Shown: piece by piece, positions 54,411-64,000 of the stretch
Numbering within the stretch: the stretch's first letter is position 1
Layout: each line of letters starts with the position of its first letter
Source: Phycisphaerae bacterium
Lineage (GTDB): Bacteria; Planctomycetota; Phycisphaerae; UBA1845; Fen-1342
Assembly: GCA_963675745.2 (NCBI GenBank)
Contig: CAXXWX010000019.1
Coordinates: forward strand, 288,001 to 352,000
Direction of reading: 5' to 3'
DNA: 64,000 nucleotides
Notes under the pieces: generated by a model
Database searches by the model: none
What the model saw: the letters and a program-made list of their open reading frames with translations, nothing else
Told to the model about the DNA's origin: nothing
Translations under genes and position numbers: made by a program

Positions 54411-54668
54411 GCCGGCGGCGGGCGCGACGCGGTGATCATAATTGCCGATATATCATATTGTTACATTGCGTAGCCGGGCCGGGGGCCAGCCATGCTGTCC
54501 GCGATTGATTTTTTCAATAGAATGGAGCGTGCGCCCTGGCGCGGCCGTCTCCGCGGTAAGAACGGCCGGCCTGGGAGCGATGTGCCCCGGTGAAGTCGGC
54601 CGGATTCCTCGGGGGATTGCGATCCGCGCTAGCTTGACGGGTTCCTCTGCGGCCTTAAGTTGAGCACC

Positions 54669-55793
54669 ATGAAACGCCTTCTGATCGTAGTTGCGCTGGC
54701 AGTGGTCATCGTGGGGGCACTTGTGTGGAGCCAGTCTCACACCGGTCCCTTCTTCGTGTCCGGCTTCATCGAGTCACACCAGATCAGGGTGGGGTCACGC
54801 GTGGGTGGCCGTGTCAAGACGGTGCACGTGGCGGAGGGGCAGGCCGTCGCTGCGAACGACCTGCTTCTTGAGTTGGAGCCGTACGATCAGCGCGAACGGC
54901 TGGCCGAGGCCGAGGCCGCGTTGAGAGCCAGGGAGGCGCTGCTGGCCAAGCTTGTGGCTGGTCCTCGTAAGGAGGAGATTGGCGGCGCGCAGGCCGCACG
55001 CGATCGGGCGCAGGCCGCGCTTGACAAGGCGGTCGCCGGACCGCGACCGCTGGAGATTCAGATTGCCGCGGACGTGTTGGCGCGGGCGACGGCCGAATTG
55101 GTCAAGGCTCAGCAAGACTATGCGCGCGTCAAGAAGCTGTTCGACGATGGACAAGCCGCCGAGGAGGAGATGAACGCCGGCACGCGCGGATTGGCGGTCG
55201 CTGAGGCGAATGAAGCCCAGGCTCGTGACGAACTCGCCCTGCTGCGCGCGGGCACGCGCGCGGAAGACATTGCCGAAGCGCGGGCCCGCCTGGCGGAGGC
55301 GCAGCACACGCTGGACTTGCTCGATTCCGGCACACGTCAGGAGGACATCACCGAGGCGGAAGCGACGGTTGCCGCGGCGCGGGCCGCGGTGGCTGTGATC
55401 CAGCGGCAGCTTTCCGAGCTGACCGTGCGGGCGCCCCTCGACAGCGTGGTCGAGGCGGTGGACCTGCGTCCCGGCGATCTGATCGCGCCCAATGCCCCGG
55501 TCATCGCGCTGAACGATCCGTCCGAGCTGTGGGTCCGCGCTTATGTGCCCGAGGATCGGCTCGATCTTGAACTGGGGCAGTCGGTTGCCGTGCGTGTCGA
55601 TTCGTTTCCCGACCATCGCTTCGCCGGACACATTGCTTTCATCTCGCGCCACGCTGAGTTCACACCTTCCAACATCCAGACTCCAGAGGAGCGCAGCAAA
55701 CAGGTGTTTCGCATCAAGGTCGTGTTAGACGATGGGCGCGACGTGCTGCGGGCCGGCATGGCTGCGGACGTGTTCCTGGAGACGTCGGAATGA
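54669..55793 (+). CDS. HlyD-family periplasmic adaptor (YbhG-like)
   Basis: N-terminal TM, SGFIE...VGSRVGGRV, coiled coil, LWVRAYVPE, AEFTP.NIQT.EER. Confidence 0.92.
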   Translation: MKRLLIVVALAVVIVGALVWSQSHTGPFFVSGFIESHQIRVGSRVGGRVKTVHVAEGQAVAANDLLLELEPYDQRERLAEAEAALRAREALLAKLVAGPRKEEIGGAQAARDRAQAALDKAVAGPRPLEIQIAADVLARATAELVKAQQDYARVKKLFDDGQAAEEEMNAGTRGLAVAEANEAQARDELALLRAGTRAEDIAEARARLAEAQHTLDLLDSGTRQEDITEAEATVAAARAAVAVIQRQLSELTVRAPLDSVVEAVDLRPGDLIAPNAPVIALNDPSELWVRAYVPEDRLDLELGQSVAVRVDSFPDHRFAGHIAFISRHAEFTPSNIQTPEERSKQVFRIKVVLDDGRDVLRAGMAADVFLETSE

Positions 55794-56749
55794 CCGCAGT
55801 CAATCCGGTGGTCATTGAGGCCAACGGGCTGACACGCCGGTTTGGCGATTTTACCGCCGTGCGCGAGGTCACTTTCCAGGTTGCCAAGGCGGCGATCTTC
55901 GGTTTCCTCGGCCCGAACGGCAGCGGCAAGTCAACCGTGATCCGTATGTTATGTGGCGTGCTGCGGCCTACCGATGGCCACGGGCGCGTGTTGGGGTATG
56001 ACGTTGAGCGCGAGGCCGAGGCGATCAAACGCCGTATCGGCTACATGTCGCAGAAATTCAGCTTGTATGCCGACCTCAGCGTAAACGAGAACATGGACTT
56101 CTACGGTCGCATCTACGGCCTGAGCCGCGCGCGGTTGCGGAGCCGAAAGGAGGAGCTCTATGACCTGTGTGGCATCCGGCCGTTCGCACCGCGGCTGGCG
56201 GGGAAGCTCTCCGGCGGCTGGAAACAGCGGCTGGCGCTGGCGTGCGCGCTGATTCACGAACCCGAAGTGCTGTTTCTCGATGAACCGACAGCGGGCATCG
56301 ATCCGGTCGCACGCCGCGAGCTGTGGGATCTGCTGTTCGAGCTTTCGGGGCGCGGCGTGACGCTCTTTGTCACGACGCACTACATGGACGAGGCGGAGCG
56401 CTGCTCGCAAGTCGGCTATATCTACCTGTCACGCCTGATTGTCAGCGGCAAGCCGGCCCGGCTGAAGGAGCTGGATACGGTCACGCCGCAGGGCATGCGG
56501 CGGGTGGAAATCGCGTGTCCGCAGCCGACCACCGTTTTGCAGCGGTTGCGCGCGCTCGCCGGCGTGCGCGACGCGACACTGTTCGGCGAGATGCTGCACG
56601 TGCTGGTTGACAACCAGCTCACCGATGCGGCGCTGATCGAGGCCAGCGGGCAGGATGCCGCGGCTGTCGCGGTGCGGCCCATCGCGCCCACGCTTGAAGA
56701 CGTCTTTGTCACGCTCAGCCGCAGCGAAACGGAACGGAGCCGGTCGTGA
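55790..56749 (+). CDS. ABC transporter ATP-binding protein (YbhF-like)
   Basis: GPNGSGKST, GYMSQKFSLY, LSGGWKQRLAL, LDEPTAG.DP, TTHYMDEAE. Confidence 0.95.
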   Translation: MTAVNPVVIEANGLTRRFGDFTAVREVTFQVAKAAIFGFLGPNGSGKSTVIRMLCGVLRPTDGHGRVLGYDVEREAEAIKRRIGYMSQKFSLYADLSVNENMDFYGRIYGLSRARLRSRKEELYDLCGIRPFAPRLAGKLSGGWKQRLALACALIHEPEVLFLDEPTAGIDPVARRELWDLLFELSGRGVTLFVTTHYMDEAERCSQVGYIYLSRLIVSGKPARLKELDTVTPQGMRRVEIACPQPTTVLQRLRALAGVRDATLFGEMLHVLVDNQLTDAALIEASGQDAAAVAVRPIAPTLEDVFVTLSRSETERSRS

Positions 56750-57891
56750 GTGGATTGCTGGCGGTATTGCTGAAGGAGTTCGCGCACATCCGCCGCGAGC
56801 CGGCGACGCTGGTCTTCGCATTTATCATACCGGTCTTTCAGCTCACGATCTTCGGCTATGCCATCAACACGACAATCGAGGATATCCACACCGTCGTCTA
56901 CAACCTGGACGGGCGCCAGGATAGCCGTGAACTGGTCGCGGCGTTTGAGAACTCGCGGAAGTTCAAAGTCGTCGGGCAAGTGTTCAGCGAGGAGGCTTTC
57001 GAGCGTGCCATGGCGTCTGGTCGCGCGAAAGTCGGTATCAAGATCCCGCCCGACTACACGGGGCGCCTGCTTCGTGGCCGTCAGGCAACCGTGCAGGTTC
57101 TGATCGACGGCAGCGACTCTCAGGTGGCGACGACCGCGCTCAACAGTGCGGCCCTGCTGGGATTGAACCGCTCGCTGGCGCGCGGCTTTGCATACGCCGA
57201 GGCGCGGCAGGCGGCGGTGGCGCGTGATCCGGCCGGTCGACTGGCCCTGCCGATCGAGGTGCGTCCGCGGCTGCTCTACAACCCGAACCTGGAGAGTGCG
57301 CACTTTTTCGTGCCCGGGCTGATCGGGATCATCATGCAGCTCGTGACGTTGTTCCTCACCTCGTTTGCGATCGTCCGCGAGCGTGAGCTGGGTACGCTTG
57401 AACAGCTTTTTGTCACCCCGGTGGGGCGCGCCGGACTCATGCTGGGCAAGCTGATTCCGTACGCGCTGATCGGCTTTGTGGAGACCCTGATCGTGTTGGC
57501 GGTGATGGTCTTCGGCTTTGACGTTCCGATCCGTGGCGATCTGGTGCTTCTGTTGCTGCTATCGGTGCTCTTCCTGTTCACGGCCTTGGGACTCGGCTTG
57601 CTGGTCTCGACCCTGGCCAAGACGCAGCTTCAGGCCATCCAATTTGCGTTCATCATCATGTTGCCATCGATCCTGCTATCGGGATTCGTGTTTCCACGCG
57701 AGGCCATGCCGACGCCGATGTACCTGCTCAGTTTTGCGATCCCCGTGACGTATTTCATAGAGATTCTGCGGGGGATCATCCTGCGCTCCGCCACGTTTGT
57801 GGACCTGATGCCGCACATACTCGGGCTGGTGATTTGCTGTGTGCTCGCATTGGCGCTGAGCATCGCGCGCTTTCGGAAGCAATTGGATTAA
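56746..57891 (+). CDS. ABC-2 permease (YbhS/R-like)
   Basis: KEF.HI.R, LYNP.L.S..F.VPG, IVRERELGTLEQL.VTP, LLSGFVFP. Confidence 0.93.
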   Translation: MSGLLAVLLKEFAHIRREPATLVFAFIIPVFQLTIFGYAINTTIEDIHTVVYNLDGRQDSRELVAAFENSRKFKVVGQVFSEEAFERAMASGRAKVGIKIPPDYTGRLLRGRQATVQVLIDGSDSQVATTALNSAALLGLNRSLARGFAYAEARQAAVARDPAGRLALPIEVRPRLLYNPNLESAHFFVPGLIGIIMQLVTLFLTSFAIVRERELGTLEQLFVTPVGRAGLMLGKLIPYALIGFVETLIVLAVMVFGFDVPIRGDLVLLLLLSVLFLFTALGLGLLVSTLAKTQLQAIQFAFIIMLPSILLSGFVFPREAMPTPMYLLSFAIPVTYFIEILRGIILRSATFVDLMPHILGLVICCVLALALSIARFRKQLD

Positions 57892-57926
57892 GCGCGTGCT
57901 GGTCGCCGTCAGATACGGTGCGGCGG

Positions 57927-59960
57927 CTACGGATGATCCACGCCGGCTGGAGCGCGTGACATGTGTACCGTGAAGGTTGTCCCGCGACCGACCTCGCTTT
58001 CCACTTCCAGCCGCCCGCCGTGATTCGCCATCAGCCGGCAGGCAACGGCGAGCCCCAGGCCGGTGCCCTTGCCGGGTTCCTTGGTTGTGAAGAACGGATC
58101 AAAGATGGATTCGCGGAGCTGCTCGGGAATGCCGCAGCCGGTGTCAGTGACGCGCACGAAGACCTCATCTACCTCGGCATCGTGGCCGGTTTCGACGGTA
58201 AGCGTGCCATGCTCGTCCATGGCGTCGGCGGCGTTGACAAAGAGGTTGACGAAGACCTGCTGCATCTGTGATTCATCCGCGACAACAGCGGGTCTCTCCG
58301 GATCATAGACCCGCACAATGCGGATGTTCTGGAAGCTGGCCTGCTTTTCGAGCAGGGCCAGCGTCCGCTCCACGACGCCGGTGATATCGCAGCGCACCAC
58401 CTGGGCGTCGCGCTGCCGTGAGAACTCGAGTAGTTCGCGGACGATCTTGCGACAGCGATCGGCCTGGGCGACGACTTCATCGACGTCGGCCCGGAGCTGG
58501 CTGTCTTCGGGCAGCTGTTCGCGGATGAGCGAGGCGAATGTCAGAATCCCGCCGAGCGGGTTGTTGATCTCATGGGCCACGCCGGCGGCGAATCGGCCGA
58601 GCGCCGCGAGCCGTTGTTGGCGGTCGAGCGCCGCCTGCGTGTTGGCGAGCTGTTCGTTACGTTCGCGCACGCGCTCATCGAGCGCTTCGGTCCATTCCTG
58701 GGTGTGCTGTTCCAGCAGGCTGTAGCGCTCGACGTTCATCTCGTGAATACGGTCGAGCATGGCATTGAACGAGCTCGATACCAGGCCCAGCTCGCTGCGG
58801 TCCCGAACATCGACACGGCATCCCATGTCGCCCGCGATCACGCGCTGTGAGGCGGCGACGATTTCCTCGAGCGGGCGCATCAGGCTGCGCGTCAGCAAAA
58901 CCGTGACGAGCACGATGAGCGCGAAGCAGAACAGAGCGATGGCGGCGAACATCATGCTGACACGGTTGCGGACCGCCGTGTAGGTCTGCTCGCGCAGGCC
59001 GACCCCGAGCATGCCGATCCGCGCGCCCGCCAGGTCAGTGATGGGTTCGTAGGCGGCGATGTACCATTCGTCCAGCACCACCGCCGGCCCGTTCCAGTTC
59101 TCGCCGTTTTGCATGACGGCGGCGTAGACCTCCGGCGAAACTCGCGTACCAAGCGCGCGCCGCCCATCGGCGGTCACGATGTTCGTGCTGATGCGCTGCC
59201 CGTCCTGAAAGATCGTGATTACGCCCGGATAGCCGGTTGCGGGGCCCCGGCTGGACGAGACTGTGGCCGCCATGGCATCGACCATGCGCAGGCCGTTTGC
59301 ATGACCGTCCGGGTCGTCGCGATCGTTCAGCAGTTGCCCAGCGTACACCACGGCGGCCACTTGGCCGTCATCATCCATGACCGGCGCGGCGGCCAGAAGC
59401 ACCAACCCGGCTCTCGGCGGCGTCGCATCGGCCGCATCGGCGGCGAGGCTGTATCGAACGCGTTCGGCGAGGCGCGGATCTTCCGCCGCGAGGATTGCCA
59501 GTCGTACAAGAGTGGGGCCGGCGGCTGACTCGCCGCGCAGCGCACGGGCTATCGGGGCCAGCTCGGTGACGCTCCCGCCGCCGGATTCGGCTCCGGTTGT
59601 GCGCAGGATCACGTTGCCGGCGGCGTCGGCGACGGAGAGAAAGTCGATGCGGCTGCGCGTGCGGACCGCGCGCAGGTAGCGCTGCGCGGATTGCCGTTTC
59701 ACCGTGTCGAACAGCGCCGGCGCATGCTGGCGGCCGGCCAGCAGATCAACGCATTGACGCAGGGTGGCGAGGCGGTCGACGTAGATGCTGCGGACGGCGG
59801 GCAGGTCATAGTCGACCTGCCGCTGCGCCTGCTCCATCAGCGCCATTCCGGTGACGCGGATTCCTATGACGGACGTGGACACGCCCCCGACAATCAGCAC
59901 CAGCGCGTAGCTGCTGACGATGCGCCACTTGAGCGAGTGCGTCCAGGCCGGTAGTTGCAT
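57927..59960 (-). CDS. Membrane sensor histidine kinase (Cache/HAMP, NtrB-like core)
   Basis: Two TM helices, Cache-like RISTN...[43 protein letters not shown]. Confidence 0.93.
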   Translation of the reverse strand: MQLPAWTHSLKWRIVSSYALVLIVGGVSTSVIGIRVTGMALMEQAQRQVDYDLPAVRSIYVDRLATLRQCVDLLAGRQHAPALFDTVKRQSAQRYLRAVRTRSRIDFLSVADAAGNVILRTTGAESGGGSVTELAPIARALRGESAAGPTLVRLAILAAEDPRLAERVRYSLAADAADATPPRAGLVLLAAAPVMDDDGQVAAVVYAGQLLNDRDDPDGHANGLRMVDAMAATVSSSRGPATGYPGVITIFQDGQRISTNIVTADGRRALGTRVSPEVYAAVMQNGENWNGPAVVLDEWYIAAYEPITDLAGARIGMLGVGLREQTYTAVRNRVSMMFAAIALFCFALIVLVTVLLTRSLMRPLEEIVAASQRVIAGDMGCRVDVRDRSELGLVSSSFNAMLDRIHEMNVERYSLLEQHTQEWTEALDERVRERNEQLANTQAALDRQQRLAALGRFAAGVAHEINNPLGGILTFASLIREQLPEDSQLRADVDEVVAQADRCRKIVRELLEFSRQRDAQVVRCDITGVVERTLALLEKQASFQNIRIVRVYDPERPAVVADESQMQQVFVNLFVNAADAMDEHGTLTVETGHDAEVDEVFVRVTDTGCGIPEQLRESIFDPFFTTKEPGKGTGLGLAVACRLMANHGGRLEVESEVGRGTTFTVHMSRAPAGVDHP

Positions 59961-59962
59961 GG

Positions 59963-61114
59963 TTACTCTGCCGCCGCGTTGCTACCAGGCCCACTCGCGC
60001 CCGCAGGCGCGTCGGCGCGTGGCAGCGACACCGTGAAGGTCGTGCCGCGTCCGGGCTCGCTGGCGACCTCGATCGAGCCGCCGAGTTCCTCCGCGATCCG
60101 CCGGCAGATCGCCAGCCCCATACCAGTGCCTCCTATGCCGGCCGTGCTGTTGTCCCGGACGCGGTAAAACTCTTCGAAGACATGCGGCAGTTGTTCCAGA
60201 TCGATCCCGATGCCGTCATCCGCAACCGCCAGCGCCACCCGGTCCGACTCCGCGCCGGCCGTCAGGGTTACGTGCCCATCCGGCCGGTTATACTTGATCG
60301 CGTTGGACACAAGGTTTGAGAGGAGCATGCGCAGCGCGGCGGCGTCGGCGGCAACCGGCGGCAAGTCCGCGGGCAGCGTGTGACTCAGCGACACCGGGCG
60401 CTGGGCTGCCGCCGCCGCGAAGTCATCCAGAATTTCGTTTACCAGCGCCGGTAACGCCACGGGTTTCGATTCGGCGGCAAGCTGGCCACTGTCGATCCTC
60501 GAGAAGGCGAGCCAGTCCGAGATAATCTGACGCATCTCGGTGATCTTCTTGCGTGAGCGGTCGATCCACTCGCGCGGCTGGGGCGCGAGGGTCTCGGCGG
60601 CCTGGTGCGTCAGCACGTCGAGGTACTGCTGCACCGCCCCCAGGGGGGACTGCAACTGGTGCGAGACAAACGTGATGAACTTGCGCGCCTGCGCCGCCTT
60701 TTCCGCGCGCAGCCGCTTGGCCTCCTGGCTGAGCCGCCAGCGTTCCGCCGCGCGGTGGATAATCGCGCGCAACTCATCCGCCACGAACGGCTTGGGAATG
60801 AAATCGTAAGCGCCGCTTTTCATGGCTTCGACGGCGGTGTTCACCGTGGCAAAGCCCGTGATGACGACCACGACAATATCCGGGTCGATCTCGCGGACGC
60901 GGTGAATTACCTCGATACCACCGATGCCCGGCATCTTGAGATCGGTAACCACAACTCCGGGGCGAATCTCCGCTACCCGTTTGAGCCCCGATTCACCATC
61001 GGGATAGGTTTCGACGGTATAGCCGACACGCGACAGAGCGGCCTCGCAGGCCCGGCGCATGGTCTGGTCGTCGTCGATGATGATGATCGGGTCGGCGCCC
61101 GCTGTGTTATCCAT
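59963..61114 (-). CDS. Hybrid response regulator-histidine kinase (REC-HisKA-HATPase)
   Basis: IIDDD...TDLKMPG...KPF; VSHQLQSPL; NLVSNAIKYN; DDGIGI; GTGMGL. Confidence 0.92.
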   Translation of the reverse strand: MDNTAGADPIIIIDDDQTMRRACEAALSRVGYTVETYPDGESGLKRVAEIRPGVVVTDLKMPGIGGIEVIHRVREIDPDIVVVVITGFATVNTAVEAMKSGAYDFIPKPFVADELRAIIHRAAERWRLSQEAKRLRAEKAAQARKFITFVSHQLQSPLGAVQQYLDVLTHQAAETLAPQPREWIDRSRKKITEMRQIISDWLAFSRIDSGQLAAESKPVALPALVNEILDDFAAAAAQRPVSLSHTLPADLPPVAADAAALRMLLSNLVSNAIKYNRPDGHVTLTAGAESDRVALAVADDGIGIDLEQLPHVFEEFYRVRDNSTAGIGGTGMGLAICRRIAEELGGSIEVASEPGRGTTFTVSLPRADAPAGASGPGSNAAAE

Positions 61115-61222
61115 GCCAGTGACTCCCACTGGAATCGAGCTTGACAGCGACGGAAGAACGACGCGGAAGCGTGCGTGCTTCGCGGCCCGGCAGCATGGTG
61201 CCATTACGCCGCGCGCCGGTCA

Positions 61223-61239
61223 TGCAGGTTCGCGGCCAA
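61223..61239 (-). promoter_or_regulatory. Possible sigma54 -24/-12 site
   Basis: TTGGCCGCGAACCTGCA (GG-N10-GC), about 110 nt upstream of the hybrid kinase start. Confidence 0.3.
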
Positions 61240-61261
61240 CCGGCAACCGTCGGGGCGGTGG

Positions 61262-61663
61262 CTAGTGTTCGAGCATCTTCCGCACGGCGGCCAGGAATTT
61301 CGTGATATCGAGCGGCTTTGTCATGTACGCGTCCGGCGTAATCATGGCCGTGTCACCGCTCATCGGGAACAGGGCCTCCGGATCATCCTGTACTGATGAC
61401 ACCATCAGGATTGGGATGTCGGCGGCCGGGCCGCCCGCGTGGGCGCTTTTGAGCGCGTGTACGGTCGTGTAGCCCTCTACCGGGCTTTCCATCATTATGT
61501 CGAGGACGATCAGATCGGGCGGGTCGGTGCGGACGGCCTCGCGCCCCGCTTTGCCGGTGTTGGCCTCAGTGACCACGTAACCCTCGCCCTCCAGCAGGGC
61601 GCGCGTCGAGGCGCGGTAGTCATCGTCGTCGTCAATGATCAGGATCTTGGCGGTGCTCGCCAT
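61262..61663 (-). CDS. Single-domain response regulator
   Basis: ILIIDDD, PDLIVLDIMM, MVSS, KPLD. Confidence 0.92.
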   Translation of the reverse strand: MASTAKILIIDDDDDYRASTRALLEGEGYVVTEANTGKAGREAVRTDPPDLIVLDIMMESPVEGYTTVHALKSAHAGGPAADIPILMVSSVQDDPEALFPMSGDTAMITPDAYMTKPLDITKFLAAVRKMLEH

Positions 61664-61766
61664 CGGGGCTCCTCCAGGTCAGGTTGACACACAAGTCCGA
61701 ACGCGGCGCCACCCGCGTGCAGCCATTCTACGCCGCAGGGCCCACACTCGGGCACCACGACGCGCT

Positions 61767-62168
61767 TCATCGCCCCAGCAGGCGGCGGACCGTCGCCAGA
61801 AACTTGGGGAGGTCGAGCGGCTTGGCCATGTACTCATCCGGCGTAATCGCGCGCGTGTCGGCCACCCAGCCGTACAGGGCTTCCGGGTCCTGCTCGATGG
61901 ATGACGCCATGATGACAGGGACATCGCGCACGTGCGCATACTCCGGCGAGCAGCGCAGTGCCTGGATGATGGAGTATCCTTCGCTGAGGTAGCTCATCAC
62001 GACGTCGAGCACGATCAGGTCCGGCTTGTGGGCGCGGGCGAGCGCCAGGCCCGCGGGGCCCGAGTCGGCTTCGAGAACCTCGTAGCCCTCGCCTTCGAGC
62101 AGGGCGCGCAACGAGGCGCGATAGTCGTCGTCGTCGTCCATAATCAGGACGCTCGTCGCTTTGGCCAT
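61767..62168 (-). CDS. Single-domain response regulator (paralog of its neighbour)
   Basis: VLIMDDD, PDLIVLDVVM, MASS, KPLD; ATG 62168. Confidence 0.92.
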   Translation of the reverse strand: MAKATSVLIMDDDDDYRASLRALLEGEGYEVLEADSGPAGLALARAHKPDLIVLDVVMSYLSEGYSIIQALRCSPEYAHVRDVPVIMASSIEQDPEALYGWVADTRAITPDEYMAKPLDLPKFLATVRRLLGR

Positions 62169-62619
62169 CGGAAACGGCTCCGCGATCAAGACTCCGCCCG
62201 TTCCCTGCCCAAGTCCCCAACGCCGCGTGCTAATTTCGAACTGATATGCGCAAACCAGCACATTTCACGCGCCGGCGTGGGACCGCGGGCGGGTCGCCGC
62301 GACGCGCGAACTGAACCCGCCGGCGCGTAGTATACCACGACGCTATTTGCTCGCGAGCGGCAAAACGCATCATGGCGGAGAACGCATCGCGGCTTCCGGG
62401 CGTTAGGGCGGCGGCCGCGGCGGACAACTCGAGGTCGGACCATGGCGGTGGTATCCGCGGGCCGGAGTCTTGGTGTCCCTCGGTCATTGCACCGTTTAAT
62501 CGGCGAAGGGAACATGGTGTTGTGATCGTCCCCCGAAATGTGAGCACCATCAGTCAGTTCGGTGCTCGCGACAATGACGAAACGGACGTGGCGAAATCGA
62601 AGGTGGAGGGTGCGACGAA

Positions 62620-63192
62620 GTGAGCATCATCGCGGTAAGCCGGATTCAGATCTTTGAGCCGAAGGCGGAGTGGTTCCACCGCGGGCCGGGTGGGATACAT
62701 GGCCTGGCGCACGAAGCCCGGGTACTCATCTGGACCCAGGTGCTATCCGCGCTGGCACACGATGAGGGGCTCCGCGTCGATCCAGACGTCCTGGGCTGGG
62801 CGGCCGCTATCCACGATACACAACGGTGGAATGAGGGTGTCGACTCGGAGCACGGCGCGCGGGCCGCCGCCTGGATCCGGAGTCACTCTGACGTGCTTCC
62901 GCCATCGGTTCCGCTGGATCGCGTCGCCTGTCTTTGCCGCTGGCACGTCCCGCCCGATGAAAGCGCTCCCTCGGTGACGGATGAGCTACGGGTGTTTAAG
63001 GACGCCGACGCGCTTGACCGTTGGCGCATCGGCGATCTTGACCCGTCTTATCTGCGCATCGCGTCCACAAAGCGACTGCTCGACGCAAGCCACTTGCTCT
63101 GGCGCGCAACCAGCGATCTCGATGACAGCCCGCAGGTCTTCTCGGAGATTGTGAGGGCTGGTATGAGGATTGGCGTTGTGCGCAACGGATAA
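62620..63192 (+). CDS. HD-domain metal-dependent phosphohydrolase-like protein
   Basis: HG..H..RV, AAIHD, HG.RAA, WH, DADALDR.R; GGAGG RBS with GTG start. Confidence 0.8.
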   Translation: MSIIAVSRIQIFEPKAEWFHRGPGGIHGLAHEARVLIWTQVLSALAHDEGLRVDPDVLGWAAAIHDTQRWNEGVDSEHGARAAAWIRSHSDVLPPSVPLDRVACLCRWHVPPDESAPSVTDELRVFKDADALDRWRIGDLDPSYLRIASTKRLLDASHLLWRATSDLDDSPQVFSEIVRAGMRIGVVRNG

Positions 63193-63432
63193 GCGCGTCG
63201 CCGCACAGGGGTAATCCAATCGAGTAACCGGCTGACCGTCAGTGTAGAACCGGCGATGACCAGCCGGCTTACACCTGTATGCCCGCATCTGCGCCCATCA
63301 GTTCAAGCCGGCCGTTCTCACGCGCAAGGCCGGTTTTGGAAGGCGGGCCTGGTTTCGTTAGAATGGGGGCACTGGGGACGCAGGACAGGGGGTTTCCGCC
63401 TGTGCAAGGGCGGACAGGCGAGGTAAATGGGC

Positions 63433-64000
63433 ATGAGCATCCGCTGCAAAGCAGTCTTGACGACCGTCGCGCGCCGCAACGTCACCGCCCTTACCGCCGT
63501 CACGCTCTCGTGCCTGTTCCCGCCGCAGGTGCTCTGTTGGGACGTACAACGTGAAACGGTGGCCTTCTCCATCGATTACACAACCACCTGGGGCCAGAGC
63601 GTCTACGTTCTAGGTGATATTCCCGAACTGGGGGGCGACAACCCGGCTTATGCCGTGAAGCTCGAGCCTGGCAGCTACCCGCTCTGGCAGGCCTGCGTGG
63701 CGATCCCCAAGAGCACGAGCTTCAACTTTCAGTACACCTGGCGATATGACGATGTGCCGCAATGGTCCGACCCGGCCAATCACAACCCGATCGGAACTCC
63801 GACCAGCAGCTCGACCGGATCGGGGGATGCCCGTCCGACGCGCAAAGGTCTTTACTACCACAGCACCTGGAGTGCGCCGGTCATCCACTGGCGCATCGAC
63901 GGCGGGGCCTACACCGCCACAGACATGGGAGCCTTTGGACCGGGTCGTACGGCGGGCGAGACGCGCTGGCGCGCTCTGGGACTGGGGCAGGCTGAAAGAC
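63433..64000 (+). CDS. Secreted protein with N-terminal CBM20 starch-binding domain; partial at window edge, not in ORF track
   Basis: Hand translation: signal-like N-terminus then VAFSIDYTTTWGQSVYVLGDIPELG...YPLWQACVAIP...F.FQY; frame stays open to the window end. Confidence 0.8.
   Translation, partial: MSIRCKAVLTTVARRNVTALTAVTLSCLFPPQVLCWDVQRETVAFSIDYTTTWGQSVYVLGDIPELGGDNPAYAVKLEPGSYPLWQACVAIPKSTSFNFQYTWRYDDVPQWSDPANHNPIGTPTSSSTGSGDARPTRKGLYYHSTWSAPVIHWRIDGGAYTATDMGAFGPGRTAGETRWRALGLGQAER

Noticed and set aside
62375..62412. Integron attC-like site (GGAGAAC...GTTAGGG) upstream of the HD gene
   Set aside because: Too short, the core does not match GTTRRRY, the ends are not complementary, and there is no integrase or second site.
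62372..62623. 83-aa ORF overlapping the HD gene start
   Set aside because: No motif and weak coding character; not supportable without homologues.

Overview
GC-rich bacterial chromosomal window, most consistent with Planctomycetota (probably Phycisphaerae). That assignment is inferred from the N-methyl prepilin/H-X9-D protein, the dockerin-like C-terminal domain, the TIGR02999-type ECF sigma paired with a TPR Ser/Thr kinase, and the REP-like elements. It holds about 50 genes. Housekeeping and metabolic genes include the secF 3' end, hutU, clpC, lpdA, a PduO-type adenosyltransferase and a saccharopine dehydrogenase. Transporters include NSS, AGCS, AmpG-like MFS, osmoprotectant ABC and YbhGFS-like efflux systems. 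There is also a giant FG-GAP lipoprotein and a four-gene two-component cluster. The most notable regions are: (1) a ~11 kb co-oriented orphan contractile-injection tip module (vgrG with an internal insertion and C-terminal extension, LysM/PG-binding protein, very acidic protein, very basic putative toxin, extended PAAR) followed by an EcfK/PknS-like sigma-kinase pair and flanked by gene remnants; (2) a membrane ORF ending in the ribosome-arrest motif RAPP directly upstream of a secreted dockerin-like protein and a pseudopilin; (3) an EctR/CosR-like MarR, methyltransferase, acidic protein and quaternary-amine ABC importer operon; (4) three REP families, including a nested REP-pair-within-REP-pair. 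No rRNA, tRNA, CRISPR array or intact transposase was recognised. All calls come from reading motifs by eye; no searches were run.
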